From assembly GCA_036172245.1 (NCBI GenBank), contig JAYWIR010000041.1, positions 434,001 to 498,000 of the forward strand: a stretch of DNA of 64,000 nucleotides, in the 5' to 3' direction. How positions within the stretch are numbered: position 1 is the stretch's first letter; every line of letters begins with the position of its first letter. This document shows, piece after piece, positions 12,201 through 23,999 of the stretch. The notes under the pieces were generated by a model. The model was not told the origin of the DNA and ran no database searches. It saw nothing but the letters and a program-made list of their open reading frames with translations. The position numbers were made by a program, and so were the translations under genes. This DNA is from Raillietiella orientalis (lineage: Eukaryota).

Positions 12201-13100
12201 CGGGAGCGTCCCGTCTCACTGTTTTCCGAGTCTTGTCAGTGGTTTCCCGGCTTCCGACGTGCGCGCGGCGCGGGCTCTCGTGTGCCTCCCCGGCGAGCGG
12301 CGGGTTCCCGTCCACAAACTAACGCGTCATCGCCCGGAGAGGAAGGCTCGTGGGGAAAGCATAAGCGGAAGAGGACGTTCGGACTGAGCTGCATCCGCAT
12401 CCCTCTCGGGAGCGGAGGCTCCGCTGGCCGGCGGCGCGGAGCGCAGGTGCAACAGCAGCGGCACGAGCAGAAGCGCTCGTCTCGAAGTAACCACGGAAAC
12501 ACCGACCGCCTGCTCATTTCTTAATCGCTCCTGCTGATATCGGAGTGACAGATGAGGGAGGCGAAGCGGATGCGAGGCGATGATGGTGCGAAAAAAACCC
12601 GTGCTGCTCGCGTCACACGAGGAAATTGGAGTCGGGGTGCTCCGATGCAGCAGCCACCTCTCTGAAGCGCACCGTCGCTTCGCGTGGAAGAAGTTTTGCC
12701 TCAGTAGTCCAATTTGACCGGAGCAGGTGATGACGGTGGACGCCTGACGGCCAAGCAGAAGTTCCCACTTCCGTTCGCGCCCTCGAATCGCTCCCGGAAC
12801 CGCGCCTTTAGCCCGTTCGCTCGTGCGCCACCTCGGCGGAGGCCCCCCAGCGAACGCAAAAGAGAAGGGAAGGTGCCACAGGACGTCCGGTTCTCGTCCT
12901 ACCGTCGTCTGGAGGTCGCTGCGACTGACTTTGGACGGTGGTTGGTCTCCCCGTTTCAAAGAGGAGCGTGAGTCGGGCGGAACCGGACCGAACGAAAACA
13001 GAGGGGAGAGGAGGGGAGATTCAGGAAGTTTGTTCCGGGTATCCCACATTTCCATCAAATTCCTGTTGTCGAGCTTCTGGCTGGCAGCTCCTCTCTCCCT
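9300..13100 (-). mobile_element. Near full-length relic of a DIRS/PAT-like YR retrotransposon (RT-RH-MT-YR), interrupted by an insertion at ~10.1-10.9 kb
   Basis: Minus-strand motifs in canonical order: RALLLVP/APERDA..RPLPL (~12480-12370), PRQFVK (~12065), GISVNSGQS (GFxVNxxKS-like, ~11955), SEASL (TDAS-like, ~11490), HMHLEEL (HINxLEL-like, ~11360), DFPPPPILIG (YAFPP..LI-like, ~11025), FYFLVIRAG (YR box I-like, ~9885). Confidence 0.55.
10305..10702 (+). repeat. Repeat family A, copy 1 (~400 bp; gag C-terminus-like, PFRGRSFKGKRR)
   Basis: Aligns by eye to 23070-23474 with long identical blocks, e.g. GCAGATTGAGAGGGACGCCCCTGGACGCTCGGAGTT and CCCCCAAAGGGGCACCCTCCGCGGCGACAGCAACCATCGAAGGACGACTCTCGG. 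Confidence 0.95.
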
Positions 13101-13769
13101 CTCCCTCCCTCCCTCTCTCGCTTTTTTCTTTTTTCTGGCTACCAGAGTGGTGAAGTAATTGTGGGGAACGTCTTGATGGACAGTTCATTACAACGGAAAG
13201 TGAAATTTTGAAGTGTGCAGCAGTGGGATGGTGCAGTCGGAAGGGAAAGACACCAAAGTCAGTCAGATTTTAATTGCATCTCTCAAAGCCAGAGCAGCCA
13301 GCCAGGAAGGCAAAAAAAAAAAGAAGAAAAGAATCCAACTCTCGCATTCGTGGAAACGCGCGTGCAGCATCCAGCGAGATAGCAAGGCCTCAGGATCACC
13401 GGATAAGGGTACCGCCGATCGGGAAACGCTCAAGACGAAACCCTCGGAGCGTGCTTACGAAGACGTCCTTTCAGAAGCAGACTGGGGCTGCTGCTGTTGC
13501 AACACCTTCCATTTATGCATTTATCTATTTTGCGAGGGATTTTGCAGCGCTTTCTGGAAAGGAATTTTGCAAATTTTGCGCCGCAAGTAGGGAGCAGTGC
13601 CTCCGAATCACTCTCGAAACCGCCTTCAACCCGCTCGGTTTTGCTCGCGCGCGCGGCTCTTTTCTACCTTCCCTGTTTTCCTTCTACCTTTTTTTCCCTT
13701 TTTTTCCGGGTTTTCCTTTTCTTGGTTCTCGAGGAGTATCCCAAGAACTGTCGCACGCCTGGAGGAGGC

Positions 13770-14100
13770 TTACGTAGCTCTTTCACGCAGTTTCCCACGC
13801 CATCCGAGGGTGTGTTTGACTCTTCGAGGTGCAGGGAGTACCGGGAGCCCACCTCCCTATGAATCCAGGTAGGGCTCCGGAGGAAGGAGTCCGTTTCTCT
13901 CACACCTGAGGAAGGATCCCCGACGAGAACCTTCCACCATAGTTGATCTCCGATCTTCCTTATTCCGTACGGAGGGACCCCCAAATGGATCTGCTCCATT
14001 TTCCTCTTCGCAGGGAACCCTCAAGGGATCCGCTCCTTGCTTCCCCCTCCCCTGAAGAGAACCCGAAAAGGCGCTTCCGAAATTACTCAGAAGGGCGCTT
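13770..14100 (+). repeat. Repeat family B, copy 1 (diverged)
   Basis: Shares CCCTATGAATCCA (13855-13867) and the GGAACCCTCAAGGGATCCGCTC...CTGAAGAGAACCC block with 56.3-56.6 kb and with the reverse complement of 24.5-24.7 kb. Confidence 0.7.
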
Positions 14101-14636
14101 GTTTGCACTCTGGAGAGGCATCATCGATCCGTCAGCTCCATGGTGCGAGATGGAGGGTCCCTCCCAAAAGGGGGTGGGGACTCGGCTTTCAGTAGGGCTT
14201 CCCCCCCCTTTTTTGTTCCTTCTTCATCTTCACTCAGCTGCAACTGCCGAATCGGATCCATGTTTCGTCTACACAGACCGGCTGGTTGACACCACCCCAT
14301 CTGCAGCACGAAACTTGGCGCCAGCCCTGCCCCCGTTTTCTCGCTCGAGAGCCGCCCGCACCCCGATCTCGGCTGGAGGAGAGTGGGTGTCTTCGGCGTT
14401 TTCCTCCATGCTCAGCTCCTGCAAAGTAGCAGCATTCGCTGCTCTGAGAACCGGCGTCGAGGCAACGAGAAGAGGGGAGGACGGGAAAAATGGGAAGCGA
14501 ATTTTGCGACGTCGCCAACGACCTCGGGACCGCTCTTGTTCCATCCATTTTCCTCGCGGGGGATCCTGGCGCTGCTCTCAATGGAATCCCTTGTTTTTGC
14601 GCGTGCTCGATTCTCACCTGGATGCGCTGGGGCGGC

Positions 14637-15300
14637 GTTTATTCCAAAAATAAACATATAACGGGATTTGCGGTTGGACCCGTGGTCCAGCCACTCACAG
14701 CTTAATGGAGACCTGCCGGGTCACCGGTTAGCAGACCGGCGCAGCCCACCACGGCAGCAGACGGGTGGACTGCCCACGGGCAGTATCGCGGCCGCTGAAC
14801 GTAAGGGATTCGCGATTATTGCTAGTTGAAAACTCAAACCACGGCAGCAGAGGGGAGGTGACAAACGAAAAGAAGAAAAAAGAAACAAAAAAATAAAAAT
14901 AAATACACTTTGGGGGGTGGTGGTGGTGCAGGAAGGGATCACGTTCTGCTGGTGGCAGTCCTGACCAACCTCTGTAGGATGCCGGCAAGGTCTTGCTGGA
15001 TACTCCTTTCCAAGTGGGGCCGTTCGTGGCGTTGCTATCCTGACGAAGTGGATGGCATCCCTGTCCCTGGGTCTTCCTTCCCGCTGCCTTGCTCCTAGCA
15101 GCGACGATGCCGGGTGGGCAGCAGAGGGCTGCCAGGGAGGCCGCCGGGTGAGGGGGGGCGAAGAGTGGTTCCCAAGCGTTCCTGGAGCCGCCGCTCTGCC
15201 GCGCGTGCTCGGGAGGAGGTGGTGGATGCAGAGTGGGACCGCGTGCCCGGGGCGACAAGCTCCTTTGTTGCAATTCCTTGGCGGGGTGACCAACTTCCGG
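14637..15300 (-). mobile_element. 5'-truncated Tx1/L1-like non-LTR retrotransposon 3' end
   Basis: The reverse complement matches ~63000-63575: shadow-frame peptides ARPCRHP vs ARACRHP and CCRGGLRRSANR vs CCRGGPYRSANR, the T-rich tract, CCGGTCTGCnAACCGGTGACCCGGCAGG and terminal AATAAAC. Confidence 0.85.
14748..14851. mobile_element. 76-bp insertion flanked by a 14-bp target-site-like duplication
   Basis: ACCACGGCAGCAGA occurs at 14748-14761 and 14838-14851. The homologous 63.4-kb copy has the motif once and lacks the 76 bp. Confidence 0.8.
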
Positions 15301-15329
15301 CGCCAGTCCTGTGTTTGCCGCGCGCTTCC

Positions 15330-15690
15330 CGCGCTCGGCGCAGCAAACAGCCAGCCCAGGGAGGTGTCCGCCCCTTTGTTTTACTCTCCTCTGTTTTCGT
15401 GCCGCAGCTCGGAAACCCTTCGAGCGAGAGCCCTTCCAGAGGTGCCAAACGCATTTCGGAAACGCTCTGTAGGAAACCGAGGATGATCACGGGATCGCGG
15501 GATCGATTGCACGGGCGTTCTGCTTGCCGGTGGTTCCCTGCGCGCGCCTCGTCCCGTGCTCAGAGAGCACAGGTAAAGGAAGTCCGGTTTGCGCATTCGG
15601 GAACGAGGTGGGCGCCCTGCTCGCACCTTCATCCCGGCGGCAGCTCGGCGGGCGATGGGGATTGGACTTTTCACTTTGAAGGGCGGAATT
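15330..15690 (+). mobile_element. DIRS-like RNase H relic
   Basis: ETLRARALPEVPNAFRKRSVG (LELRA..AL.AF...L.G-like), AGGSLR, SHLHPGGSSAGD (HLPGxxNxxAD-like). Confidence 0.35.
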
Positions 15691-16719
15691 CTGGAAAGGG
15701 GGGTGGGGGTGGGGAACTTTGATAATCATCAAAGTTCAATTTCAGCCACTTTAATTATTTGCTTCCGCGTTGTTCTGTTAAAAGGAAAGGAAATGTTCCC
15801 AATCGAGAGGGGAGGCCGTGAACGCACTGAGCAAGAGAAAATACTTTTAGCTAAAAAAAAATTTGCCAATAGCAAAAATAAGTAAACAAAAATGGAATGA
15901 AAGGAAAGAAACGCGGATTCCTCGAGAAAATTGCAAAGCACGAAAGCGCGTTCTCATTGGAGGAAAGAGAACAACGTCGGAAATCCAGAGCAGAACCGAG
16001 GATTCATTCCTGCTGCGCGCTGAAGACGAGCTGCGAGACGAAATCATTCTCGAATGCTCGCATCGCTTTGTCCGGCGGATTCGAGCGTTCTCATCCGTCC
16101 GCATCCGCTGCGAGCTCGAGAAGATTCGAGGTGGGCGAGCAGCGATTGTTTCGTCAGCGCGGAGCGCGGCAGTGCGTCGTGCTGACGAAACAATCGCCCG
16201 GCTGACGTCAGTCCGCGCTCGCCGATCTCTCCAAGTCGGCTGGGCTACGTGCGTTTGCCGCTCCGTGGCTGCAAGGTCAGCGACCACCTCTCCATCCCTC
16301 CTCTTCTTCTGCAGCTTCGGAATCCGCAGTGCTGCTCTGCTTGGGCGGTGTCGCCGGCGCGGTCGATCCACGCACCTTGGCTGGCGGTCCCCTCGCTGCG
16401 TCCGCACCGTGGAGAGGAACTCCCAAGCAGAAGGTTTTTCTGCAGCTTTCCGAGTCCCAGCGCGCAGAGAGTCGCGTTTCACACACACGCCCACAGCTCG
16501 TCATCATCGGTGCGTCCCTCCCTTCTGAAGAAGCTCGGAACTGCCAACGTCTCCCCCGTTCCATTACAGTGATGCGGAGAAAGCGAACCTCCAGAAGTCG
16601 GCGTGTCTTCCACCCCCGTTTCCCCGAGAGGCGAGGAGGCGGCTTCCCTTCTTCTCGGCGTCCTCCGGGGCTGCCACTCGTCATCACCCCGATCGCTGGA
16701 GGAAACTTGCGCGGAAAAC

Positions 16720-18130
16720 GACTCGCCGTGCTGCGGTGCAGCGGGAAGTAGTTCTCCCTCGGGTGGTGGCCGTTCGCCGCTTTCGCCCGGCTCACCGGCT
16801 CAGGTACCGCGTCTGCGCTTTCCGGAACGCTGCTTGCCTCCCGGTCCGGAGGCCGATGAGCTCGGAAATCTGCTTTTCCGATCCTTTTTCGTATCGTCCG
16901 CAGTTCCGCTTTCCGGAGGCAGCACTCCCCCAGCGTCCACGCTGTGGGTTTGGTACTGTCGGTTTGGTACTGAAGGCAGTGGCCTCGCCAGGCTCGCAGC
17001 TCATGTTGGAGCGCTGTGTCCCCATCGCCGCGAGCGCCTCGACCTGACCGCCGAGTTCCGCCCCTTTTTCGTTTTCCCCTTTTCGTTTCCCATCCCTCTG
17101 TCCGTCGCCTGGGTTCTCTCACTGCGGCGTCGCAAACGAACCATTCAGCGTCACGTGGTCTCTAGGAGCTGATTCTTGTGGCTGTTTCCTTTCCTCGATC
17201 TTTGTGTGGCAAAATGCGGTTCCGATCGCACGCTGTGCTTTCCCGCATCCATGCCGAGTACCTTCGGGGTGGGGAGTCTTCCCGGTTTCCCACGAAGAGC
17301 GTGGCGCGACTCGGACTCGCAGCTCCTGGGCTGTTTCAGGGGAAAAAGTTCCAGGGAAACTGTTCCAGGTTGTTGAACATGACGTGAAAGGGGAGCACGA
17401 AGTTCCCGTGCCTTTCACGCGCCCGCGGTCTGCAGTCGAGGGCGCAGAGACGCATCCGCTTTCGTTTCGCTCCATCCTTCCTGAAGAAGGTCGACGCTGC
17501 TGCCATCTGCTCACGCCTTTCGTGGCTGCAGCCTGTCTCGATCCAGGAGGTGGGGGTCCACGTAGCACGAACCAAGGGCCACGGGGGTCGAATCCCGAAG
17601 GTGTGTAACGGCGACAAGAAAGACCTCTGCCCGCTCCTGGGCTCCCGTCGAGAACGAGAGCTTCGCCGCCACCGGCCCATCTGCCATCCTGTGCTGCGGC
17701 GCCGTAAGGTGGCTGGACGCGTGCTTCCGCGCCGCGGCGAGGAGGCTTCTAGGATGGCCTCACCTTTGCCGCGAAGTGGAAGCTCAGTAGGAGGTCGCAG
17801 TGCCAAGAACTGCGAAGACACGGTGCGAAGGACCAGTGGCCCTCCTTTCTCTGCTCCAGTCACCTCCCGATCCCGGTGAGGAAAGCTTTATGTCCAGATA
17901 TTCCCGGATCCTAGTAGTGTCTCATCTTTTCATCCGCTCTGCTGTGTCTCGCTTCTCCAGCTTCTCGCCCATTTTGCCCGTTTGCTCCTCTGCTGACCTG
18001 AGAGTCAGAGTTCCGGATATTTCATACAGAAGAAGTTCTTCCTTATTTAACCCTTTGGGTGAGAAACTCATCAGATTTAAATGTTCCGTATTGACGGCAC
18101 GCGAGGTGCGACCTGTGTGCACGGAAGGCT
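16720..18130 (-). mobile_element. DIRS-like MT plus tyrosine recombinase relic
   Basis: LMSFSPKGLNKEELL (YAFPP..LI.KVL-like), then AILEASSPRRGST, SFLSPLHTFGIRP, CLQYQTDSTKP, RTIRKRIGK, FRAHRPPDREASS (AHSxR-like) and KAANG...NYF, colinear with a DIRS YR. Confidence 0.55.
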
Positions 18131-18169
18131 TTTTCGCGTGCCGCGTGCTCTATCAGAGGTGCCACCGAT

Positions 18170-18422
18170 TGACTTTATATAAAGTGCCAATAAAATAAAG
18201 TTGCCATTATAATTGTTTATTTACATCACATTGAATAAAATATTTTCATTTTTCCCAAACAGATATCATTTATTTAAAAATTATAATTATAATTCGAATA
18301 AATCATTGGGGTGCGGTACACCTCGATAATGAATCAAATGCCACACCGAGAATAAATTAGCCGATATAAACAGAATTTTGTTTACTGCCGTTGCTAAGGT
18401 TGCCAATTATAAGAACGTAAGT
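18170..18422 (+). other. AT-rich island containing an exon-like segment 18263-18416
   Basis: Sharp AT enrichment against GC-rich flanks. Acceptor TTTTCATTTTTCCCAAACAG ends at 18262 and donor GTAAGT is at 18417-18422. All three plus frames contain stops. Confidence 0.5.
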
Positions 18423-19105
18423 GTATGTGTCCATCTCGAACATGGATGGAGTTGACTTATGTCGCGTGTGCAAGGTAAAGCATTTGCCAGATGCATACAT
18501 GCGTCCATAGCACTCAAAGGGTTAAAGAGGAAGAGGAAGCTGTGGACGGGCCAAACCGCACGCGTCATCCCCCTAGAACTACCAGGATTCACTGTCAGGA
18601 AAATGGGCTATCCGGGGAAGCGGCAGACGAGCGCATTGGTGGACGGCACCACTCCTCGCCTCCGAGCGAAGGGAGTTCTTGTTGGAGCGACCTTTTCAGT
18701 GTGACCACCGAGGAACTCGCGGTCCCTTTCCTGTGTGTGGGCACTTCGGTGCTCCCGCTGCTCTTGGAAACCACAGTTCGCTCTGCTGTTTCCTGCACTG
18801 GGGATTGCCGGCACAACCGGCGCAGGCACCTAGTTTCCAGGGATGTTGCCTCCCAGAACTGCCCCGGGACATGTTGGACGTTGGGCCTGCTGGACTGCGG
18901 TGCCCTGGAGGACGCGTGGCGAAGACTCCCTGAGGCGGTACGCCATCCGCAGTCCCCCGTCATGCTTCGGACTTGTTGCGACGCTTCTTCACTCATTGCG
19001 GGTTGACGGCGGACTCTGTGATCGCCACGAGATGCTGCGCCCGCGCCCATCGTCCCAGCTCGCTCCGTGAGGGAGTCTCGTTCTCAGCGAAGGGAAACCA
19101 CCAGC

Positions 19106-20340
19106 ATGGCTGTCGCATTCATGAGGACGTCTGCAATGTGGCCTCATCTGCCAGAAGAAGTCGTCAGAGAGGTCGCCACCAACCTCAGCCGCTTCGAGGA
19201 AGAAAGGAACGTGTTGTACCAACGATCCCTGTCCTTACTCTCCCGTCTTTTCCCTTTATTTATTGTGTCCTCTGTCCGTTGCCTACTTTTTTAGAAGCCT
19301 GCCTGCATGCCGGTGGTCATCCTCAATGAACTCTGGTTGTGGTTTTTTTTATCATCTCTTGTATTCAGAGGACGCCGCCCCCCTGAACTGTAGTTTCCTT
19401 CTTCGATCAATGTACCTGCGTGACCGGGTAGTGGAAGAAAGGACGGTGCTTGCTGCTTTCGAGGGAGGCCAAGCGCTGCTGACAAGTCGAGGATTTCTTC
19501 CTGCTGCATGGATTCCCCACAGAGAGGTTGCGGGCAGCAGCCGTCGCGTGCATTGGAGCCGAAGGCTCTTGCAGGCCGCCAGCAGAGTTCTTCAGCCACT
19601 GGAAATGTGCAGGGGTCCGCGGCACAGGAAGCCAGGGGACCTGAGTGACCGGGAATTCTTCTACCAGGGTCCACCTGGCACCTGCTTCAGAGTGACGAAG
19701 CTTTCGGAGGAGGGGAGCTGCGCGCCCGCGAGTGTGTTCTCTCCTGACCTCCGCGCTCTTATCCTGCCTGCCTGCCTATATTCTTGAAGGAGCAGCCGGA
19801 GGCCACACCATCCCCCTATCGGTCCAGTCGTTCCCGACAGACCGACTTCCCGCGATTTCGCGTAAGGGCGCTCTTAGTGGTCACAAGCTGACCTGCACCA
19901 CCCTCTCTTCTCTCGGTTCCCTAGTCCGCGGTGGCGGCATGCGCTTCGCTCAGGACGTGCTGAGCCGCAAGAGGTGGCTTTGAAGTCAGTGGACACTGAG
20001 GAGCCAGCGCGAGTCGCCTAGTGGTGTTTCGCTTGCGTGGCCTCCGCCCACTATCCAACGCATCAACACACGTCCTCGCCTGCGTTCGACTTGCAGCCCA
20101 GCTCCTGTGCAGGTCATCTCCCAAACCCCGGCTACGACTGCAGCCTTACTCCTTATGGAGCGATTTCGTTGCCGCCTCCCCCCTACCGGACGTCCTCAGG
20201 CATTCCGCATCCCTGAAAATCCCACGTTTCTTCCCCTTCTTCTTCCGGTTGTCGAGATCGGACCAATCTCTTTTGTTCCCTCTGGCATGGTGCGCAAAGG
20301 GTTGACCTCTTTGCCTCATCACCCCGAGGTGCCCTCCTAG
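19106..20340 (+). pseudogene. F-box/LRR-like gene or pseudogene with a predicted intron at 19216-19294
   Basis: Exon 1 encodes MWPHLPEEVVREVATNLS (F-box start). Splicing a 79-nt pyrimidine-rich GT..AG intron joins it in frame to ERNVLSLPACRWSS (SLVCxxW-like). That frame stays open to 19787 (PDLRALILPAC, LRR-like); later fragments are frameshifted. Confidence 0.45.
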
Positions 20341-21099
20341 GTGTCCCTTGCGCACTGGCCTCCTGCTAGAGCCTGGACCTTCGCTCCAGAGCAGCGACGC
20401 GCGGCCCGCGTCGCTCGGACTCTTATCGTCCCACCGTCCCGCGCCGGATCAGTCTTGCTGGAACCATACGCGCCCGCCGACACTGTCTTGTCCGTCCGAA
20501 CTCTTCTAGCGAATCTTCCTCGTCACGCCGGCTTCCGGTCCGCTGCAGGAGCTGCCACCTTCAGCGGGAGGCCGCTGCGTTCCTTTTCAGGTCCTCCTGG
20601 AAGCCTGCCCTGCTCCCGACCCTCGCCTCGCCGAAGTTCCCAGGACCGCTTCCCAGGGTAGCGGAGGCCTGCTCTCAGAGAGGCGTGGGGTTTTCGGAAG
20701 TCTCCTTGCCTTTGGCGGGTGCACCGTGCACTGAGGAGGATGCTTGACTCCAAGGCCTCCTCGACCTTCTCTCCGTGGGTCTGAGGGACTCTCTTTGCTC
20801 TCCCGGACCCGCGCGGGAGGAGGAGGCGCATCCTGCTCCGGGCGCGCCGTCGATGGTGACGGCTAGACAAGGGACCGACGCGGACCCCTCCATTGAGGGT
20901 AGCGCAGCGAAGTCCCTCGTTGCTTCACCTCCCAGCTGATATATGGCAGCTATTGAACGGGACAGACCGGAGGAAGCCGTTCCAAGCTCGGCGGGAGGTG
21001 GCTACAGGGATGCGGCGGTGACGCGCGCCATCGATAGCTTTGCTTCTGCCTCTTTCTTGCCCCTATCACGGGGAAGCTGCGAGTCCGAGATGTGCACGA

Positions 21100-21950
21100 T
21101 CCTCAGGTCATCACCACCGCCGCTTCGCTCCAAGAGGCCGCTGCCTCGCCATTACCCGATCCATCCGGTCGTCCCGCGGGCGCGGATTCGCCAGCGCGGG
21201 CCCCGACGAGGTCCGGGCGTCCAGAGCGGCTTCCTGCAGGTTTCCCTGATCCGCGGAAGCTTCTCGGAGAGCTCCCCGGATTCTTCCACCACGGCTCCCC
21301 CCTTCAGGCAACGCGTCTCCGGAAGCGACGCGACCGGAGCTTCCTGCCTTGGTCGGCGCTTCCAGGTTCTGTGGGAGTCGCGCGAGCTGCTCAGGACCGG
21401 CCGTAGGCTCCTCTCGGCTGAGGGTGAGGCAGACCACGACCAGGAGGTGACGGAGGACTGCAGGAACCGCTGGCGCGAGACTGGACCGGAGGCACCTCGG
21501 AGATCGCGCGGATTGCAGGTGGGGGTGGCAGGATGTCCACCCCATCATCAGCGTCGCAGGCGAGGGTTAGTGGTAGGCAGTGGTGTGGAGCGCAGGTTCA
21601 CTTGCATGGATTGAACCTCTCGACCTCCCCGGGCGGACCTCCACTTTTGCTTGCTTCCTCACGTGGCCGGTGGCTGCGGGGTGGCCGCTGTTGTAAGGAC
21701 GACCGGCTCCCGTGTCTTCCCTTACCTGCAGCAGTCCGATGGCTTCCTCCGCGGTCTCTCTCCTTCCCGGCGGCAGGCGGTGGTCTCGATCCAGATGAGA
21801 GAAGCTGGAGGAAGATCCTGGGGTCTCGGCTCTCAGAGCACTTCTCGCGGTGGACTGGTGTTCCATCTCAGAGCGGGCGGACGCAGAGACGACCCAGCTT
21901 CCGAGGGTTGCGGAGGCCTGCCCTCGGCGCGCAGTACCATCAGCTCAGGG
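21100..21950 (+). mobile_element. DIRS-like reverse transcriptase relic
   Basis: LQVSLIRGSFSESSP, CPPHHQRRR (HPHHRRFL-like), GLNLSTSP (FGLSTSP-like), GSRVFPYL (GxRVFPYLDD-like), SWRKI (NWEKS-like), in order. Confidence 0.6.
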
Positions 21951-23069
21951 TCGCGCGCGCGCATCTCCCTCGGGAGAGAAAGAGAAGACGACCACGCAGG
22001 GAGGGCCGCGAGCCGGTGTTTCCGGCAGTCCTCTCCGCATCGAGGGATGCCGCGTCTCGCCGACAGTCAGCCCGAACAATCACGGCGTCGAGGCACGCCT
22101 CCGGCTCTGCGCCTAGAGCGCGGTGATGGCGCTGCGAGTGCCACGCCGCCTGCTGGGCGCGCCGCGTACGCGTCCGGTCAGAAGCGATCGCCAATCGACC
22201 GCAGGTTTTCCTCCAGCCGCAGAACGCGCGTCGGTGGCCGCTCCCGACAGCAGCGGGTTGCTGGGGGCGTCCCGGGCGGCAACCAGGAAGGAACAGGAGG
22301 TTCTCCGTCTCCAGGCAGGAAGGCCACCCTCCCCCCCCCTTCCCCCGCTTGAAGGGTCCCAGGACTGCCGTGAGCGCCAAATCCGAATGCAGGTGCGCGC
22401 CTGCCGTCCCTCATCCAGGATCCCGAGTCGGGGGAAGCGGGGTCGCTGTACCGCGGAGAGGAATTCCTCCGGCGCAGAACCCCCCGGGGGAGGCGCGGAA
22501 GAAAACAAAAAGGTCGGCTCCTTTAAGGAAGTCATTAAGAAAAAAACTCCTCTTCGGGGGACAGCGCCGGCTCCATGGAAACGGACAGGCCGAAACGTTT
22601 TATGGTGGGCGCACGCTCGTCCTCCCTCCTTGCCACTGCTGGGAGGCATAGCTCCCACCGCAATTGTCCACAGCCCTGCTGTTTACAGTATGCCTCCAGA
22701 CGTACACCCAAGCTGCTCTGAGCGGACCGTCGCCACGAAAACACCGCGCCGGCTTCCCGACCCTTCGAGCTCGCTCCAGGGATCGCGTGCGTTAGGTGGT
22801 GCCGCGGACCGCCTCGCCTCACAGCGCACCTCATGGGAACCCGCCCCTCCCGGGACCGGAAGGAAACGAAGAAAAGCACCGGACGGGCAGGCCCGGGGTC
22901 GAGAACGCCGCGGTGTAAGCGGCCGCGTGCCATCATGAGTCACGGGCTCGAATCACGCCCGGGGGAAAGATGAACTCCGAGAACGGGGAAGGGTTATGGG
23001 TTTCGACTCACCCCCGGAGGATGGCGCTGGCTGGTCTACGGCCACCTCCCGCACTGCAGCGAACGCCCC

Positions 23070-23474
23070 CCGGTTCACGGGACGCAGGTCAGCCTCCTTC
23101 TCATGCTGGTGGTGTCTCCTCCCAGGGGCTGCCGGACCGACCGCCAGCGCAGAGGAAGCATACTTGCTGGGGCGCGTGTCTTCAACAGATGCGCCGGCAA
23201 GCAGAACGTCGTCGCAGATTGAGAGGGACGCCCCTGGACGCTCGGAGTTGGCCTCTGCCGACGGACCCGTTCCAGGAATCCCTTCCGGGGCCGGTCCTTC
23301 AAGGGGAAGAGGAGGGAACCAGCCATTAACACCGAAAGCCTTGACCGAGCAGCGGCGGGGCGAGACGGATTCGTCCTGCCCGCCCCCAAAGGGGCACCCT
23401 CCGCGGCGACAGCAACCATCGAAGGACGACTCTCGGAGTCTTGGGATGCAGCAAGTGCCAGCAGGGCTAGAGGA
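23070..23474 (+). repeat. Repeat family A, copy 2
   Basis: Direct-orientation match to 10305-10702. Confidence 0.95.
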
Positions 23475-23999
23475 GACTTCCAGAATGCGCCAGAAACAGA
23501 ATGGCTCCACGGATGTCTGGCAGGATTTGCGTGTCCTGACGAGAGCACAACCACCCAGCTGGAGAGACGGCGGCGCAGAGTGCCCTCTTGGTTCTTTAGC
23601 GCCGCTCTTCTTCCTCGTTCTCCTACTCCGTGACTAACGGAACGTCTCTTGAGAAGCAGCTCATTTGTGGGAAATTGTCCTTGGAAACCATCCTTACGAT
23701 GATGCCGGAAATGCCACGGGGTAACGCCAATGATGGCGCGCATCAGGGACTCGTTATGATTTCCCGGTCTCTTAGTGTAAGCCTCTGGGTTGGCAGCGGG
23801 ATCTCTGGATGCGATCGCGAGATCGAAGCCATAGCAACGATCGGTCGGCATCCTCGGAAAACGCGTTAAATAGAATGGCGTGGACGGAAAATCCCTGCAG
23901 TGCGGACGGGGGGAACCTCGCTCGGGTTTCCGGGACATCCCCGGATCCTTTTCGACCTCGAGAATTTTCCCCTTTCGCCCTCGGGGGCTCCGAGTCCGG

